Positions 19,722 to 28,437 of a stretch of 64,000 nt of DNA are shown piece by piece. A model generated the notes under the pieces. It saw only the letters and a list, made by a program, of their open reading frames with translations. It was not told the origin of the DNA and searched no databases. Each line of letters begins with the position of its first letter. Position 1 is the stretch's first letter. This DNA comes from Candidatus Wildermuthbacteria bacterium RIFOXYD1_FULL_50_12 (GTDB lineage Bacteria > Patescibacteriota > Minisyncoccia > Minisyncoccales > UBA10102): the NCBI GenBank assembly GCA_001825035.1, contig MHUO01000004.1, positions 155,476 to 219,475 on the forward strand. Direction: 5' to 3'. Position numbers and translations under genes: made by a program.

Positions 19722-20699
19722 ATGAAGAATAAAGTAGCTGTTGCTATCCCAACATATAACAGACTTGCGTATCTCAAAGAATGTATCGAAAGTATCCTGA
19801 ACCAGATGTTTCAGGATTTCTCTCTTTTTGTATTTGATAACGCTTCAGACGAGCCGGTCGAACAGGAACTGCAAAAGTACCAAGACGAGAGGTTGCATTT
19901 TATCGGCAGCACTCAAAATACAGGACCTGTCGGAAATATTAACCGTATTTTGGAGTATCCCTTCGATTCAGAATACGTAGCCATATTTCATGATGATGAT
20001 GCGATGCATCCAAAAAAACTTGAGCTGCAGAGTTCTTTTTTGGACGCCCATCAGGATGTGCTATTTGTAGCTTCAGATTTCAATGAGGTTTCAGACAAAA
20101 CTATTCACGCTTTTGCAGGTTTTGACGAGAACAACGTAAAGAGCGCTATGTATAAAAATCCCTATGAGTTTGTGCGAGCGGAGATGTCGTGGTTGCGGTG
20201 TGCGTTTGGTTCAGTTATGTATAGAAAAAACGCTTTTCTTGCTGGTCGAATGCAGGCGGACAAGTTTTCAGAGTTTGCCGATTTGGTGTTCCTTATGGGA
20301 ATTTCCAAAAAAGGGCCTTGTGCTTTCTTGAAAGCTCCCTTGATGAATTATCGCATTCACCCCGGGCAAAACAGAGTGCTTGGTCAAGAATACGAACAAG
20401 GCGCTATGGAAATGCTTTCTTTTTGCAGAGAAAGCCTGCCTGCTGCGTTAGATAAGAAGGATGAAATGCTGCTTCGCAGATATTCTGTCAATTTCTTGCT
20501 TAGGGCTTGCGCCCATATCAACAAAGGATTTTTTTATTCACTGCGATTTCTACAAAAGTGCCATCAGCAACAGTTTATCCGATACAGAGATTTTCGATAT
20601 ATTGATGCGCACGGATTGGTTTCTGCAGTAAGCATAGTATTAAAAAGCAAAAAAATAATTAGCGCAGCACGATGGGCGAGAAGTTTGTTTCGATTATAG
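19722..20699 (+). CDS. Glycosyltransferase family 2
   Basis: VAVAIPTYNRLAYLKECIESILNQ...FVFDNASDE (GT2 DxD context). Start at ATG 19722, because the upstream ATG 19718 runs into a stop. Confidence 0.7.
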   Translation: MKNKVAVAIPTYNRLAYLKECIESILNQMFQDFSLFVFDNASDEPVEQELQKYQDERLHFIGSTQNTGPVGNINRILEYPFDSEYVAIFHDDDAMHPKKLELQSSFLDAHQDVLFVASDFNEVSDKTIHAFAGFDENNVKSAMYKNPYEFVRAEMSWLRCAFGSVMYRKNAFLAGRMQADKFSEFADLVFLMGISKKGPCAFLKAPLMNYRIHPGQNRVLGQEYEQGAMEMLSFCRESLPAALDKKDEMLLRRYSVNFLLRACAHINKGFFYSLRFLQKCHQQQFIRYRDFRYIDAHGLVSAVSIVLKSKKIISAARWARSLFRL

Positions 20700-21619
20700 T
20701 CCCTTGCTTCAACGAGGAGCGGCATATTGCAGAGTGTTTGGATTCGATACTTGCAAATAACTATCCTGCAGGGAAGGCGGAGATTTTAGTAGTGGATGGA
20801 ATGAGCAAGGATCGCACGCGAGAAATCATACAAAGGTACTCTATACCCAATACTCAATACTCTATACGTCTCCTAGATAATCCAAAAGTTATCACACCCG
20901 CGGCAATGAATATTGGGATTCAGGCAGCGAAGGGAGACGTGATTATCAAGATGGACGCACACTGCGTATATGCGAAAGATTACATCTCAAAGTGTGTCCG
21001 GCACCTGCGGGAATCCAACGCTGATAATGTGGGTGGGGTTCTAAAAGCCGTTCCCCCTAAAAATACTCTTATGGCGAAAGCCATAGCCCTTTCTCTTTCG
21101 CATGTATTTGGGGTAGGGGGTTCCTATTTCAGGACGGGCGCGGACCAGCCAAGAGAAGTAGACACCGTTGCCTTTGGTTGCTATCGCAGAGAAGTCTTTG
21201 AGAAGATCGGCCCGTATGATGAACGGATGGAAAAAACCGAGGATCTAGAGTTGAATTATCGGTTAGGAAAGGCAGGAGGGAGAATAATGTTGTTCCCCGA
21301 TATTAAGGCCGTATATTATCCTTCATCTGACACGCTGGGTTCATTTTTCCGTCACAACTTTACCGATGGCATCTGGGCGACTTATCCTCTGAAATATGGC
21401 TTCAAAGTTTCCTTGCGACATCTTATTCCCTTAATTTTTGTTCTAACCCTCCCAGTAAGTATCTGGCTCTACATTCCGGTCTCCTTGTTTTTCTCCTTAA
21501 AAATTGCGATAGTAGAGAACAACGTTGCATTATTTCTTGTTCTGCCGTTCGTTTTCGCAGCTCGTCATATCGGGTACGGCTTGGGATCTTTAGTTGGTCT
21601 CGCAAAAATAATTCTATGA
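20672..21619 (+). CDS. Membrane-anchored GT2 polyprenyl-phosphate glycosyltransferase (DPM1/GtrB/ArnC-like)
   Basis: VSIIVPCFNEERHIAECLDSIL...VVDGMSKDRT, plus C-terminal TM helices. Confidence 0.65.
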   Translation: MGEKFVSIIVPCFNEERHIAECLDSILANNYPAGKAEILVVDGMSKDRTREIIQRYSIPNTQYSIRLLDNPKVITPAAMNIGIQAAKGDVIIKMDAHCVYAKDYISKCVRHLRESNADNVGGVLKAVPPKNTLMAKAIALSLSHVFGVGGSYFRTGADQPREVDTVAFGCYRREVFEKIGPYDERMEKTEDLELNYRLGKAGGRIMLFPDIKAVYYPSSDTLGSFFRHNFTDGIWATYPLKYGFKVSLRHLIPLIFVLTLPVSIWLYIPVSLFFSLKIAIVENNVALFLVLPFVFAARHIGYGLGSLVGLAKIIL

Positions 21620-22446
21620 CTACACAAGAACTCCTGCAACGGTTAGAAGCTCTCAATGAGAAGGCAAGCTCAGAATGGCTCGCGTCTTTGGAAGAGAGAA
21701 AGCGCAAAGAAATTGAGTTTCACAACGTTGATAAGGCGGGTAAAGAAAACGTCTCTCAAGATATCTATGAGAAAATTCATGAAAACGCAAAGTTTTACAA
21801 AACAACCCAGTTGAGCGGCGAGTATATAAACGACTGGATTGCGCGTCATTCTAGGGGCAAGATATTTCTTGACTATGCGTGCGGCAATGGGACCAATGCC
21901 ATAAAGGCGGCAAAAGCAGGGGCCGAGCTTGCTATTGGTTTGGATATCAGCGATGTTTCCATAGCGAACGCCCGGGCGCTTGCGCAAAAGGAAGGAGTTT
22001 CAAGAAATACGTATTTTGTCCAAGGCGATTGCGAAAATACCGGTCTCCCGGACAACTGCATTGATGTAGTTCTTTGCGCCGGCATGCTGCACCATTTGGA
22101 TTTAAGTTACGCTTTTCCCGAATTGAGAAGGATTATAAAAAAAGGTGGAGTGATACTGGCGGTTGAAGCGCTGGACTGCAATCCCGCTATTAAGGCCTAT
22201 CGCATGCTTACCCCTCATTTGCGCACCGATTGGGAAAAACGCCACATTCTTTCCTACAAAGAGATTGCCTTTGCAAGAAGGTTCTTTGAGGTCAAAGAGA
22301 TTAAGCATTGGCATTTGTTTAGCATTTTGGGTGCGTATGTGCCTTCCGGTCTGGCTTTTCTCAATACCTTGGACAAATTCGTACTCAACCTCCCCCTAAT
22401 TAAGTTGATGTCGTGGATGTTCACCTTTGAGCTGCACAAAGAGTAG
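21616..22446 (+). CDS. Class I SAM-dependent methyltransferase (paralog of 22622..23386)
   Basis: LDYACGNGTNAIKAAKAGAELAIGLDIS. Shares an EERKRKEIEFHN-like N-terminus with the next methyltransferase. Confidence 0.6.
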   Translation: MTTQELLQRLEALNEKASSEWLASLEERKRKEIEFHNVDKAGKENVSQDIYEKIHENAKFYKTTQLSGEYINDWIARHSRGKIFLDYACGNGTNAIKAAKAGAELAIGLDISDVSIANARALAQKEGVSRNTYFVQGDCENTGLPDNCIDVVLCAGMLHHLDLSYAFPELRRIIKKGGVILAVEALDCNPAIKAYRMLTPHLRTDWEKRHILSYKEIAFARRFFEVKEIKHWHLFSILGAYVPSGLAFLNTLDKFVLNLPLIKLMSWMFTFELHKE

Positions 22447-22450
22447 AAAT

Positions 22451-22482
22451 TTGACATTCTCACTCTTTTGTGCTTCTATAAG
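22451..22482 (+). promoter_or_regulatory. Candidate sigma70 promoter (TTGACA ... TATAAG) at the head of a structured intergenic element
   Basis: TTGACA at 22451-22456, with a TATAAGAT / TTCTAT -10-like element 17-20 nt downstream. Confidence 0.35.
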
Positions 22483-22621
22483 ATGCAGAGGATTGAGTAA
22501 CCTCTAATCTGCTGCAGGAGGCAGACAGTGGGTAGTGAAGGGGTTCACGTGTGCAACGTGGACCCCTTATCTTATAAGAATTGTTTTTGCGAGAGAAAAT
22601 GGGTAAGATTGAACATATTGT

Positions 22622-23386
22622 ATGGAAGAAAGGAAGCGAAGGGAAATTGAATATTATGACGCTGAAGCGGTCCGCCAAAGAGTAAGCAGTTTTGTGCCTT
22701 CGGCTTTGGGAAGTTATCAATTTTTGTACAAAGTTGCGACACCCTGGATAAAGGGCAAAAAAGTGCTGGACTACGGATGTGGCGATGGCCGGCATACGCA
22801 GTTTCTCGCCGAACATGCGAAAGAAGTGATAGGAATTGATTTGTCAGAGAGATCTTTGGAAATAGCAAAGAAGATTGCGGTGCGAGAAGGTGTAGAGGAG
22901 AAAGTGAAGTTTTTGAAAATGGACTGCGAGGCAATGGAGTTTCCTGACAATTCGTTTGACGTAGTATTTGACGGCGGCACGTTTTCTTCTCTGGATTTTG
23001 AAAAGGCGATAGGAGAAATTATGCGCGTGCTGCAGCCGGACGGAGCGCTCGTGGGCATCGAAACGTTTGGGCACAATCCTTTGACAAATGCAAAGCGGGT
23101 GCTGAACCGCCTTACGGGCAAGAGAACGGCATGGGCCGCCTCGCACATCGTGCAGCAAAAAGAACTTGAGCGTTTAAGGCAGAATTTTGAGCAAATTGAG
23201 GTTTTCTATTTCCATCTTATTTCTTTGTCCGCGTTTCCGTTGCTCGATTTACCAGGAGGGCGCCTTGTGCTACGATTGCTTGAAGGAATTGATAACTTAC
23301 TCCTGCACATTCCTTTTCTGCAAAAGTACTCGTTCAAAGTAGTATTCTTGTGCAAAGACCCACGATATGGTAAAAAGATTACTTGA
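22622..23386 (+). CDS. Class I SAM-dependent methyltransferase (paralog of 21616..22446)
   Basis: VLDYGCGDGRHTQFLAEHAKEVIGIDLS and DVVFDGG. Confidence 0.6.
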   Translation: MEERKRREIEYYDAEAVRQRVSSFVPSALGSYQFLYKVATPWIKGKKVLDYGCGDGRHTQFLAEHAKEVIGIDLSERSLEIAKKIAVREGVEEKVKFLKMDCEAMEFPDNSFDVVFDGGTFSSLDFEKAIGEIMRVLQPDGALVGIETFGHNPLTNAKRVLNRLTGKRTAWAASHIVQQKELERLRQNFEQIEVFYFHLISLSAFPLLDLPGGRLVLRLLEGIDNLLLHIPFLQKYSFKVVFLCKDPRYGKKIT

Positions 23387-23960
23387 TCTCGTACTCTCTT
23401 CTATCGGACTGTTTCTCGCCTCGCCTTTTCTTCTTATCATTGCGCTTGCAATAAAGCTGGATTTGCCGGGGCCTGTATTTTACAGAGGCGTGCGGGTAGG
23501 GAAGCATGGAAAACAGTTTCGCATGTTTAAGTTTCGCAGCATGGTAGCAAACGCAGACAAAATCGGAGGGCCATCAACAGCAGGAGATGATCCTCGGCTT
23601 ACTCCTGTAGGGAAGCTTTTGAAGAAATATCAGTTGGACGAACTTCCCCAGCTTTTCAATGTGCTGAGAGGCGAGATGAGTATTGTGGGGCCGAGGCCTG
23701 AGGTTCCTTTGTATGTGGATATGATGACAGAAGAGGAGAAACGTGTTATTCTCTCTGTGCGGCCGGGGATGACGGACTGGGCTTCTTTGTGGAATTTTCA
23801 CGAAGGGGAAATTTTGCGGGGAAGCAAGGATCCGGAAAAAACATATCAGGAGAAAATTCGGCCCGAAAAAATCCGCCTGCAGATGAAGTACGTGAAAGAA
23901 CGAAATCTTTGGGTGGACTTAAAAATTATTGTCAAGACGGTTCTGGAGATATTTCAATGA
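23367..23960 (+). CDS. Small monotopic polyprenyl-phosphate sugar-1-phosphate transferase (PglC/WbaP C-terminal-domain-like initiating transferase)
   Basis: KRLLDLVLSSIGLFLASPFLL...DLPGPVFYRGVRVGKHGKQFRMFKFRSM...LDELPQLFNVLRGEMSIVGPRPE is the bacterial sugar transferase family signature. Confidence 0.8.
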   Translation: MVKRLLDLVLSSIGLFLASPFLLIIALAIKLDLPGPVFYRGVRVGKHGKQFRMFKFRSMVANADKIGGPSTAGDDPRLTPVGKLLKKYQLDELPQLFNVLRGEMSIVGPRPEVPLYVDMMTEEEKRVILSVRPGMTDWASLWNFHEGEILRGSKDPEKTYQEKIRPEKIRLQMKYVKERNLWVDLKIIVKTVLEIFQ

Positions 23961-24748
23961 CAGCCAATGAATACAACAACATAGCGAACGACGCTCGGAA
24001 AAAAGTGCTTGAGATGATTTATCGGGCTCAATCGAGTCATCTTGGAAGCAATTTTAGTTGCATTGATATCTTGAGCGTTCTTTTTGAACGGATGGATTTA
24101 AAGAAAGATAAGTTTATTGCAAGTAAGGGTTGGGTTGCAGCTTCCGTGTATTATTTTCTTTCCCAAAAGGGTGTTATACCCGAGGCGGATTTGGAACGAT
24201 ATTGTCAGCCGGGCGAAGAGAAGTACATCGGTCTCGTTGAGCCAAGAGGAGTATTCGGTATGGAATTTGCGGGAGGGAGTATGGGGTATGGCTTGCCTGC
24301 TGGCGTTGGTTTTGCGCTCGCAAAAAGATTAAACAGAGAGGAGGGGAATATTCACGTACTTATGTCAGACGGAGAGATGCAAACAGGAACGACATGGGAA
24401 TCGGTGCTTATTGCTAAACACCACAATCTTTCCAATGTGGTGGTTTGGGTGGACAACAATCGCCTGCAGGCGATGGGAGAAACAAAAGCTATCCTCAACG
24501 TGGAGCCTATAGATGAGCGCGTGCGATTGTTCGGGTGGGACGTCCAGCGAATAGACGGTCATGATTTTCTCGCTACTGAGTCTGTCTTCCAGAAACTTGG
24601 AGGATCTTCACCGCATATGATTGTATGCGACACGGTGAAAGGGAAAGGGTGGAAGCGAGCGGAACATAACAATCTTTATCATTATAAGAACATTTCCGAG
24701 GAAGAATTTACCGAAGCAATGCAAGAATTATCAGCTTCCCATGGGTGA
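23957..24748 (+). CDS. Transketolase N-terminal subunit, second copy
   Basis: HLGSNFSCIDILSVLF and GSMGYGLPAGVGFALAKRLNREEGNIHVLMSDGEMQTGTTWESVLIAKHHNLSNVVVWVDNNRLQ. Internal ATG 23957 overlaps the upstream stop. Confidence 0.7.
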   Translation: MTANEYNNIANDARKKVLEMIYRAQSSHLGSNFSCIDILSVLFERMDLKKDKFIASKGWVAASVYYFLSQKGVIPEADLERYCQPGEEKYIGLVEPRGVFGMEFAGGSMGYGLPAGVGFALAKRLNREEGNIHVLMSDGEMQTGTTWESVLIAKHHNLSNVVVWVDNNRLQAMGETKAILNVEPIDERVRLFGWDVQRIDGHDFLATESVFQKLGGSSPHMIVCDTVKGKGWKRAEHNNLYHYKNISEEEFTEAMQELSASHG

Positions 24749-25247
24749 AATAATCCAACAACAGGATAATCGGCGAGCGTTTATTGACACGCTCTGCGAA
24801 CTGGCTGAAAAAGACAAGAACATCGTTTTTATTATCCCGGATGTCGGGTTTAACTATGCAGAGAAATTCCAGAAATTGTATCCGGAGCGTTTTTTCAATT
24901 TCGGCGTGACAGAAGCAAGCTCAACCATTATTGCAGCCGCCCTGGCTTTGGACGGAAAGAAACCCTATCTTTATTCCATGATCAATTTTGTTACGTTCCG
25001 CGTGCACGAAATGTTACGCAACGCCGTGTGTATGCACCAGGCAAATGTCAAAATACTCGGAGTAAAGGGATCTGAAAAATACAAACTTTTGGGCTTTAGC
25101 CATAATCTTCTTGCCGAAGACGAGGAGATAGATTTTTTGAATAAGTTGCCTGGCATGAAAACGTATATTCCCCAAACCCCAGAAGAAACAAGGAATATTA
25201 TTTTGGAAACGTACCAGTCGCCAACTCCTGCTTACATTAGATTGTAA
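24741..25247 (+). CDS. Transketolase C-terminal subunit, second copy, truncated (Pyr domain only, 168 aa)
   Basis: FNFGVTEASSTIIAAALALDGKKPYLYSMINF. It lacks the ~130-aa C-terminal domain present in the 309-aa first copy. Confidence 0.6.
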   Translation: MGEIIQQQDNRRAFIDTLCELAEKDKNIVFIIPDVGFNYAEKFQKLYPERFFNFGVTEASSTIIAAALALDGKKPYLYSMINFVTFRVHEMLRNAVCMHQANVKILGVKGSEKYKLLGFSHNLLAEDEEIDFLNKLPGMKTYIPQTPEETRNIILETYQSPTPAYIRL

Positions 25248-25273
25248 AAGCGCGAGGACAAGAATTTGTCAAA

Positions 25274-25302
25274 TTGCGGAGGGGAGGTGTGTGAGGTATA
25301 AT
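25274..25302 (+). promoter_or_regulatory. Candidate promoter TTGCGG-17-TATAAT within the conserved leader element R1
   Basis: TTGCGG at 25274-25279, TATAAT at 25297-25302. ATG 25311 lies 9 nt downstream, giving a leaderless or short leader. Confidence 0.45.
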
Positions 25303-25310
25303 TTTGCTAT

Positions 25311-26525
25311 ATGGCAAGATCTGCTTTTGGAGCTTTGGGCCGCGAGGTTCGAACAAGGAATATTTCCAAACGTATCCAAAAAACAGTCCTCTCGCCGATT
25401 AAAGAGATGTCGCTTTTGGCTGACGAGGCTGGAGGGGATATTATCTCTTTTGGTCAAGGCATCCCATACTTTGATACGCCAGAGTATATTAAAGACGGCA
25501 TCCGCGCCGCCCTGCAAGAAAAAGATACGGCGCGCTATACGTTAGAGCCCGGCATTACCGAACTGCGAGAGCTTATCGCAAAAGATTTAATGACGCGCAA
25601 GGGGATTCAAGGCGTCAATTTCAGGCGCGAAGTTATGGTAAACAGCGGCTGCCAAGAGGCGATTATGTGCGCTCTGGCCACGCTTATTGATGAGGGCGAC
25701 GAGGTGCTTTTGCTTTCGCCTTCCTTCGCTTCCTATTCAGAACAGATTCTCCAACTTGGCGGCACACCCGTGTTTGTGCCGCTGGAGGAGGAGCGTGGCT
25801 GGCGCTTGAATACGCAAGCGGTACGCGACGCGATAAGCAAGAAAACGAAAGCGATTTTGTTTTCCCATCCGTCAAACCCCACAGGCACTGTTTTTACCAA
25901 AGAAGAGCTGAGGAGTTTAACTGATATTGCCAAAGAAAACGATTTAGTGGTGATTGTTGACGAAACATACGATTTTCTTACCTACGAAGGCATTGAGCAT
26001 GTTTCGCCAGCTTCTTTTCCCGACATTCGAGACCGCGTGATTCTGTGCGGGAGTTTTTCCAAAAAGTACGCGCTTACCGGTTACCGAGTGGGGTATGCGT
26101 TTGCCGAGCAGGGGATTATGGATCATATGCTCAAAGTGCACGACGCCCTGCAGATTTGCGCGCCCGCCATTTCTCAAAAGGCCGCCATTGCCGCGTTGCG
26201 CGGAGATCAGAAAAGCGTTGCAGAATTCAGGGAGAAGCTTGGAGAGAATCGCGAACGTATGTGTCAGAAATTGGACGAACTCTCCGATTTTTTTGAATAC
26301 CAAAAACCAGATGGTGCTTATTATATCCTTGCCAAGGTGGAAAAACCGCAGATGCCTTCGGTTGAGCTCGCGATAAAAATTCTCCGAGAGGCCAAAGTGA
26401 TTACCATCCCCGGAATTGCGTTTGGGCCCGCGGGCGAAGGCCACTTGCGGTTCTCTTTTGCCTGCAGTCCCGAGGAGATTGAAGAGGGTTTCCGCCGTCT
26501 TGCAAACTGGTTCAAGGCCCTTTAG
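25311..26525 (+). CDS. Class I/II PLP-dependent aminotransferase (AspC-like)
   Basis: NISKRIQKTVLSPIKEM...GDIISFGQGIPYFDTP aligns with the AspC N-terminus (LSKRVQSIKPS...GEPDFDTP). Lys region SFSKKYALTGYRVGY. Confidence 0.7.
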   Translation: MARSAFGALGREVRTRNISKRIQKTVLSPIKEMSLLADEAGGDIISFGQGIPYFDTPEYIKDGIRAALQEKDTARYTLEPGITELRELIAKDLMTRKGIQGVNFRREVMVNSGCQEAIMCALATLIDEGDEVLLLSPSFASYSEQILQLGGTPVFVPLEEERGWRLNTQAVRDAISKKTKAILFSHPSNPTGTVFTKEELRSLTDIAKENDLVVIVDETYDFLTYEGIEHVSPASFPDIRDRVILCGSFSKKYALTGYRVGYAFAEQGIMDHMLKVHDALQICAPAISQKAAIAALRGDQKSVAEFREKLGENRERMCQKLDELSDFFEYQKPDGAYYILAKVEKPQMPSVELAIKILREAKVITIPGIAFGPAGEGHLRFSFACSPEEIEEGFRRLANWFKAL

Positions 26526-27340
26526 GAGATGAGGATGGATAAGACCGTGCGATCCGAACCGAATGTTTCCGGGTTCTCTTTCGCCTTTTGGGCGGAAAAT
26601 GCATCCAACGTCGATGTATTTCCTTTCCGAAGTAGGTTTACGAATTCGGGGAATTGGAAATACGGCTCAAAACCATCGGAGTATAACACGATAAGATCTT
26701 CAGAATGGACGCGTACGGTGCCTATTCTGTAATACAACGCGGCCTCTTGCTCTCCGGTAAAAGCGCCGTATCCTGATCCGTTAGAATTATTGCGCAGTTC
26801 TTTTTTTATCAATTCTCGTCTCTCTCTTACGTCTTCCATCTGCATGTAAGGAGCAATTATTGGTTTGAGTGTGTTTTCCGTTTGAAACAAGAGCTCGTTA
26901 TTTTTATTGAACAAAGCGAGGCCGCAATCGCTGAGATACCCATAGAGAAGAGCGGAGCGAGAGATTGTCGCGGCAACGCCTACGCAGTCAAAAAAGTCCC
27001 GCTCCCGATAATTGATGGCGCTCTTGGTCATCCCCTCGTTTTCGTTCATCTCGCGGATTCTGTCGTTTGCGAAGTTGAGTGCTTCGCGGATTGTTTCTTC
27101 CTGCGGATTCGCGCCTTTCTCAAATTCTTTTTCGAGATACTCAAGGATACTCTGACAGAAAATTTGAGCCGCGGCTCTCGCGCCCGCAGGATAAGAATAG
27201 CGCAGATCTTCAGCTACATATCGTGTGACGCCGTCTGCAACTGAAAAAATGGGGTACTTTTCTGAAGCCAAAAAATAATCCTCGTTGGGCTTTCGATTGA
27301 ATTTAACGGCATCCGTGTAGGTGGCGGAAAATGTGCGCAT
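26522..27340 (-). CDS. PP2C/PPM-family protein phosphatase domain protein (paralog 1)
   Basis: KPNEDYFL...FSVADGVT (motif 1-2 like), LYSDGF (motif 8), SDRTVLSI (motif 11). Similar architecture to the upstream paralog. Confidence 0.5.
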   Translation of the reverse strand: MRTFSATYTDAVKFNRKPNEDYFLASEKYPIFSVADGVTRYVAEDLRYSYPAGARAAAQIFCQSILEYLEKEFEKGANPQEETIREALNFANDRIREMNENEGMTKSAINYRERDFFDCVGVAATISRSALLYGYLSDCGLALFNKNNELLFQTENTLKPIIAPYMQMEDVRERRELIKKELRNNSNGSGYGAFTGEQEAALYYRIGTVRVHSEDLIVLYSDGFEPYFQFPEFVNLLRKGNTSTLDAFSAQKAKENPETFGSDRTVLSILIS

Positions 27341-27370
27341 ACGAGCTGATTATACCTGCGGCGTAGCTCG

Positions 27371-27410
27371 AATGAAAGAGCCCCCGACACGGTCGTGCGG
27401 TGTCGGGGGC
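27371..27410 (-). terminator. Candidate intrinsic terminator between the two PP2C-like genes
   Basis: 11-bp stem GCCCCCGACAC/GTGTCGGGGGC (27380-27390 / 27400-27410), followed on the minus strand by UCUUUCAUU. Confidence 0.45.
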
Positions 27411-27438
27411 TTTGCAGTTGCGAGACGGTGGCGTTCGT

Positions 27439-28335
27439 TTAGAACACGAGCGCTATCGCTGTTGCTTCAGCCTGCTTTATATAGTTGGTTGCTGCGATTT
27501 GTTTCTCTGCGGCGCGCGCCGAGAGCAGAAGGCCTGCGAGTCCGCCGAGTTTAAACTCAGCAAGAAGTGTGCGGCAGGCTTCCTCACCGCTCGAGGTCTC
27601 CACGGATTTCGGCATCATACCGTCCGTGACGAGTAAGAGAGTGCTTACCTCTTCGAGGGGGAGAGCCCATTCTTGAAGCAGGTGGACGAGCGCGTCTTGC
27701 CCGTTGAGGATACCGTATCCTTGCGGACTTGCAGGATTGTTGGCATCTCGGCGTCTCGCATTGCGGAGCGGCTGGTAGAAGCGATTCCACATCTCACTCC
27801 GCACGGTGTCGCGATGTTCTTCTGGTACTTTTTCGAGGGTGAGTCCGAATAGTTCTCGCGCGACTTCGCGCTGGAGTCGTTTGATCTGAGCACGCATCTC
27901 TTCTTCATGGCGTTTGGCCTGGTTTGGCGTCACGAGAATTGTGTCACCTTTTAGCTCCACAATCGCCAGGCAGTTGCCTGCCTGTACTATGTTTACGCTT
28001 TTGTCATCAACCCATGCGAAGGCGAGAACGGCACCGGCAAGCTCTCCCGCGTCATCCAGCACGCCGGCATCTCGCTGTACCTTGCCAACCACCTTGTTTA
28101 TATCCAGAACAAGGTTGCGAAGGTCGGGCGACGTTGTGTGGATATGAGCAAACCTCTCGCACGTTCGCGCTACCATTTCACCGCCCGACATCCCGTCAAA
28201 CATCCGAGGAGGGGACTTTGGTGCGTATGGCGCGCTTGTGCCGTCGAGAACTCCGAAAACCCGGCTTCCCACCACGATGAGTCCGTCCTCGCGGTGTGGG
28301 GCGGAACCTTGATCATAGATTGTGCTGACCTTCAA
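27439..28335 (-). CDS. PP2C/PPM-family protein phosphatase domain protein (paralog 2)
   Basis: HREDGLIV...FGVLDGTS, LLLVTDGM and AIALVF. Same motif order as 26522..27340. Confidence 0.5.
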   Translation of the reverse strand: MKVSTIYDQGSAPHREDGLIVVGSRVFGVLDGTSAPYAPKSPPRMFDGMSGGEMVARTCERFAHIHTTSPDLRNLVLDINKVVGKVQRDAGVLDDAGELAGAVLAFAWVDDKSVNIVQAGNCLAIVELKGDTILVTPNQAKRHEEEMRAQIKRLQREVARELFGLTLEKVPEEHRDTVRSEMWNRFYQPLRNARRRDANNPASPQGYGILNGQDALVHLLQEWALPLEEVSTLLLVTDGMMPKSVETSSGEEACRTLLAEFKLGGLAGLLLSARAAEKQIAATNYIKQAEATAIALVF

Positions 28336-28437
28336 TTCCTTGCCTCCTTTGGTAACGAGCGGTTGATTGTAGCGAGAAAAGTGTATTATAAATTTTAACT
28401 TCTGTCAACCTTGCGGAGGGGGGGGGTTTGAGGTAGG

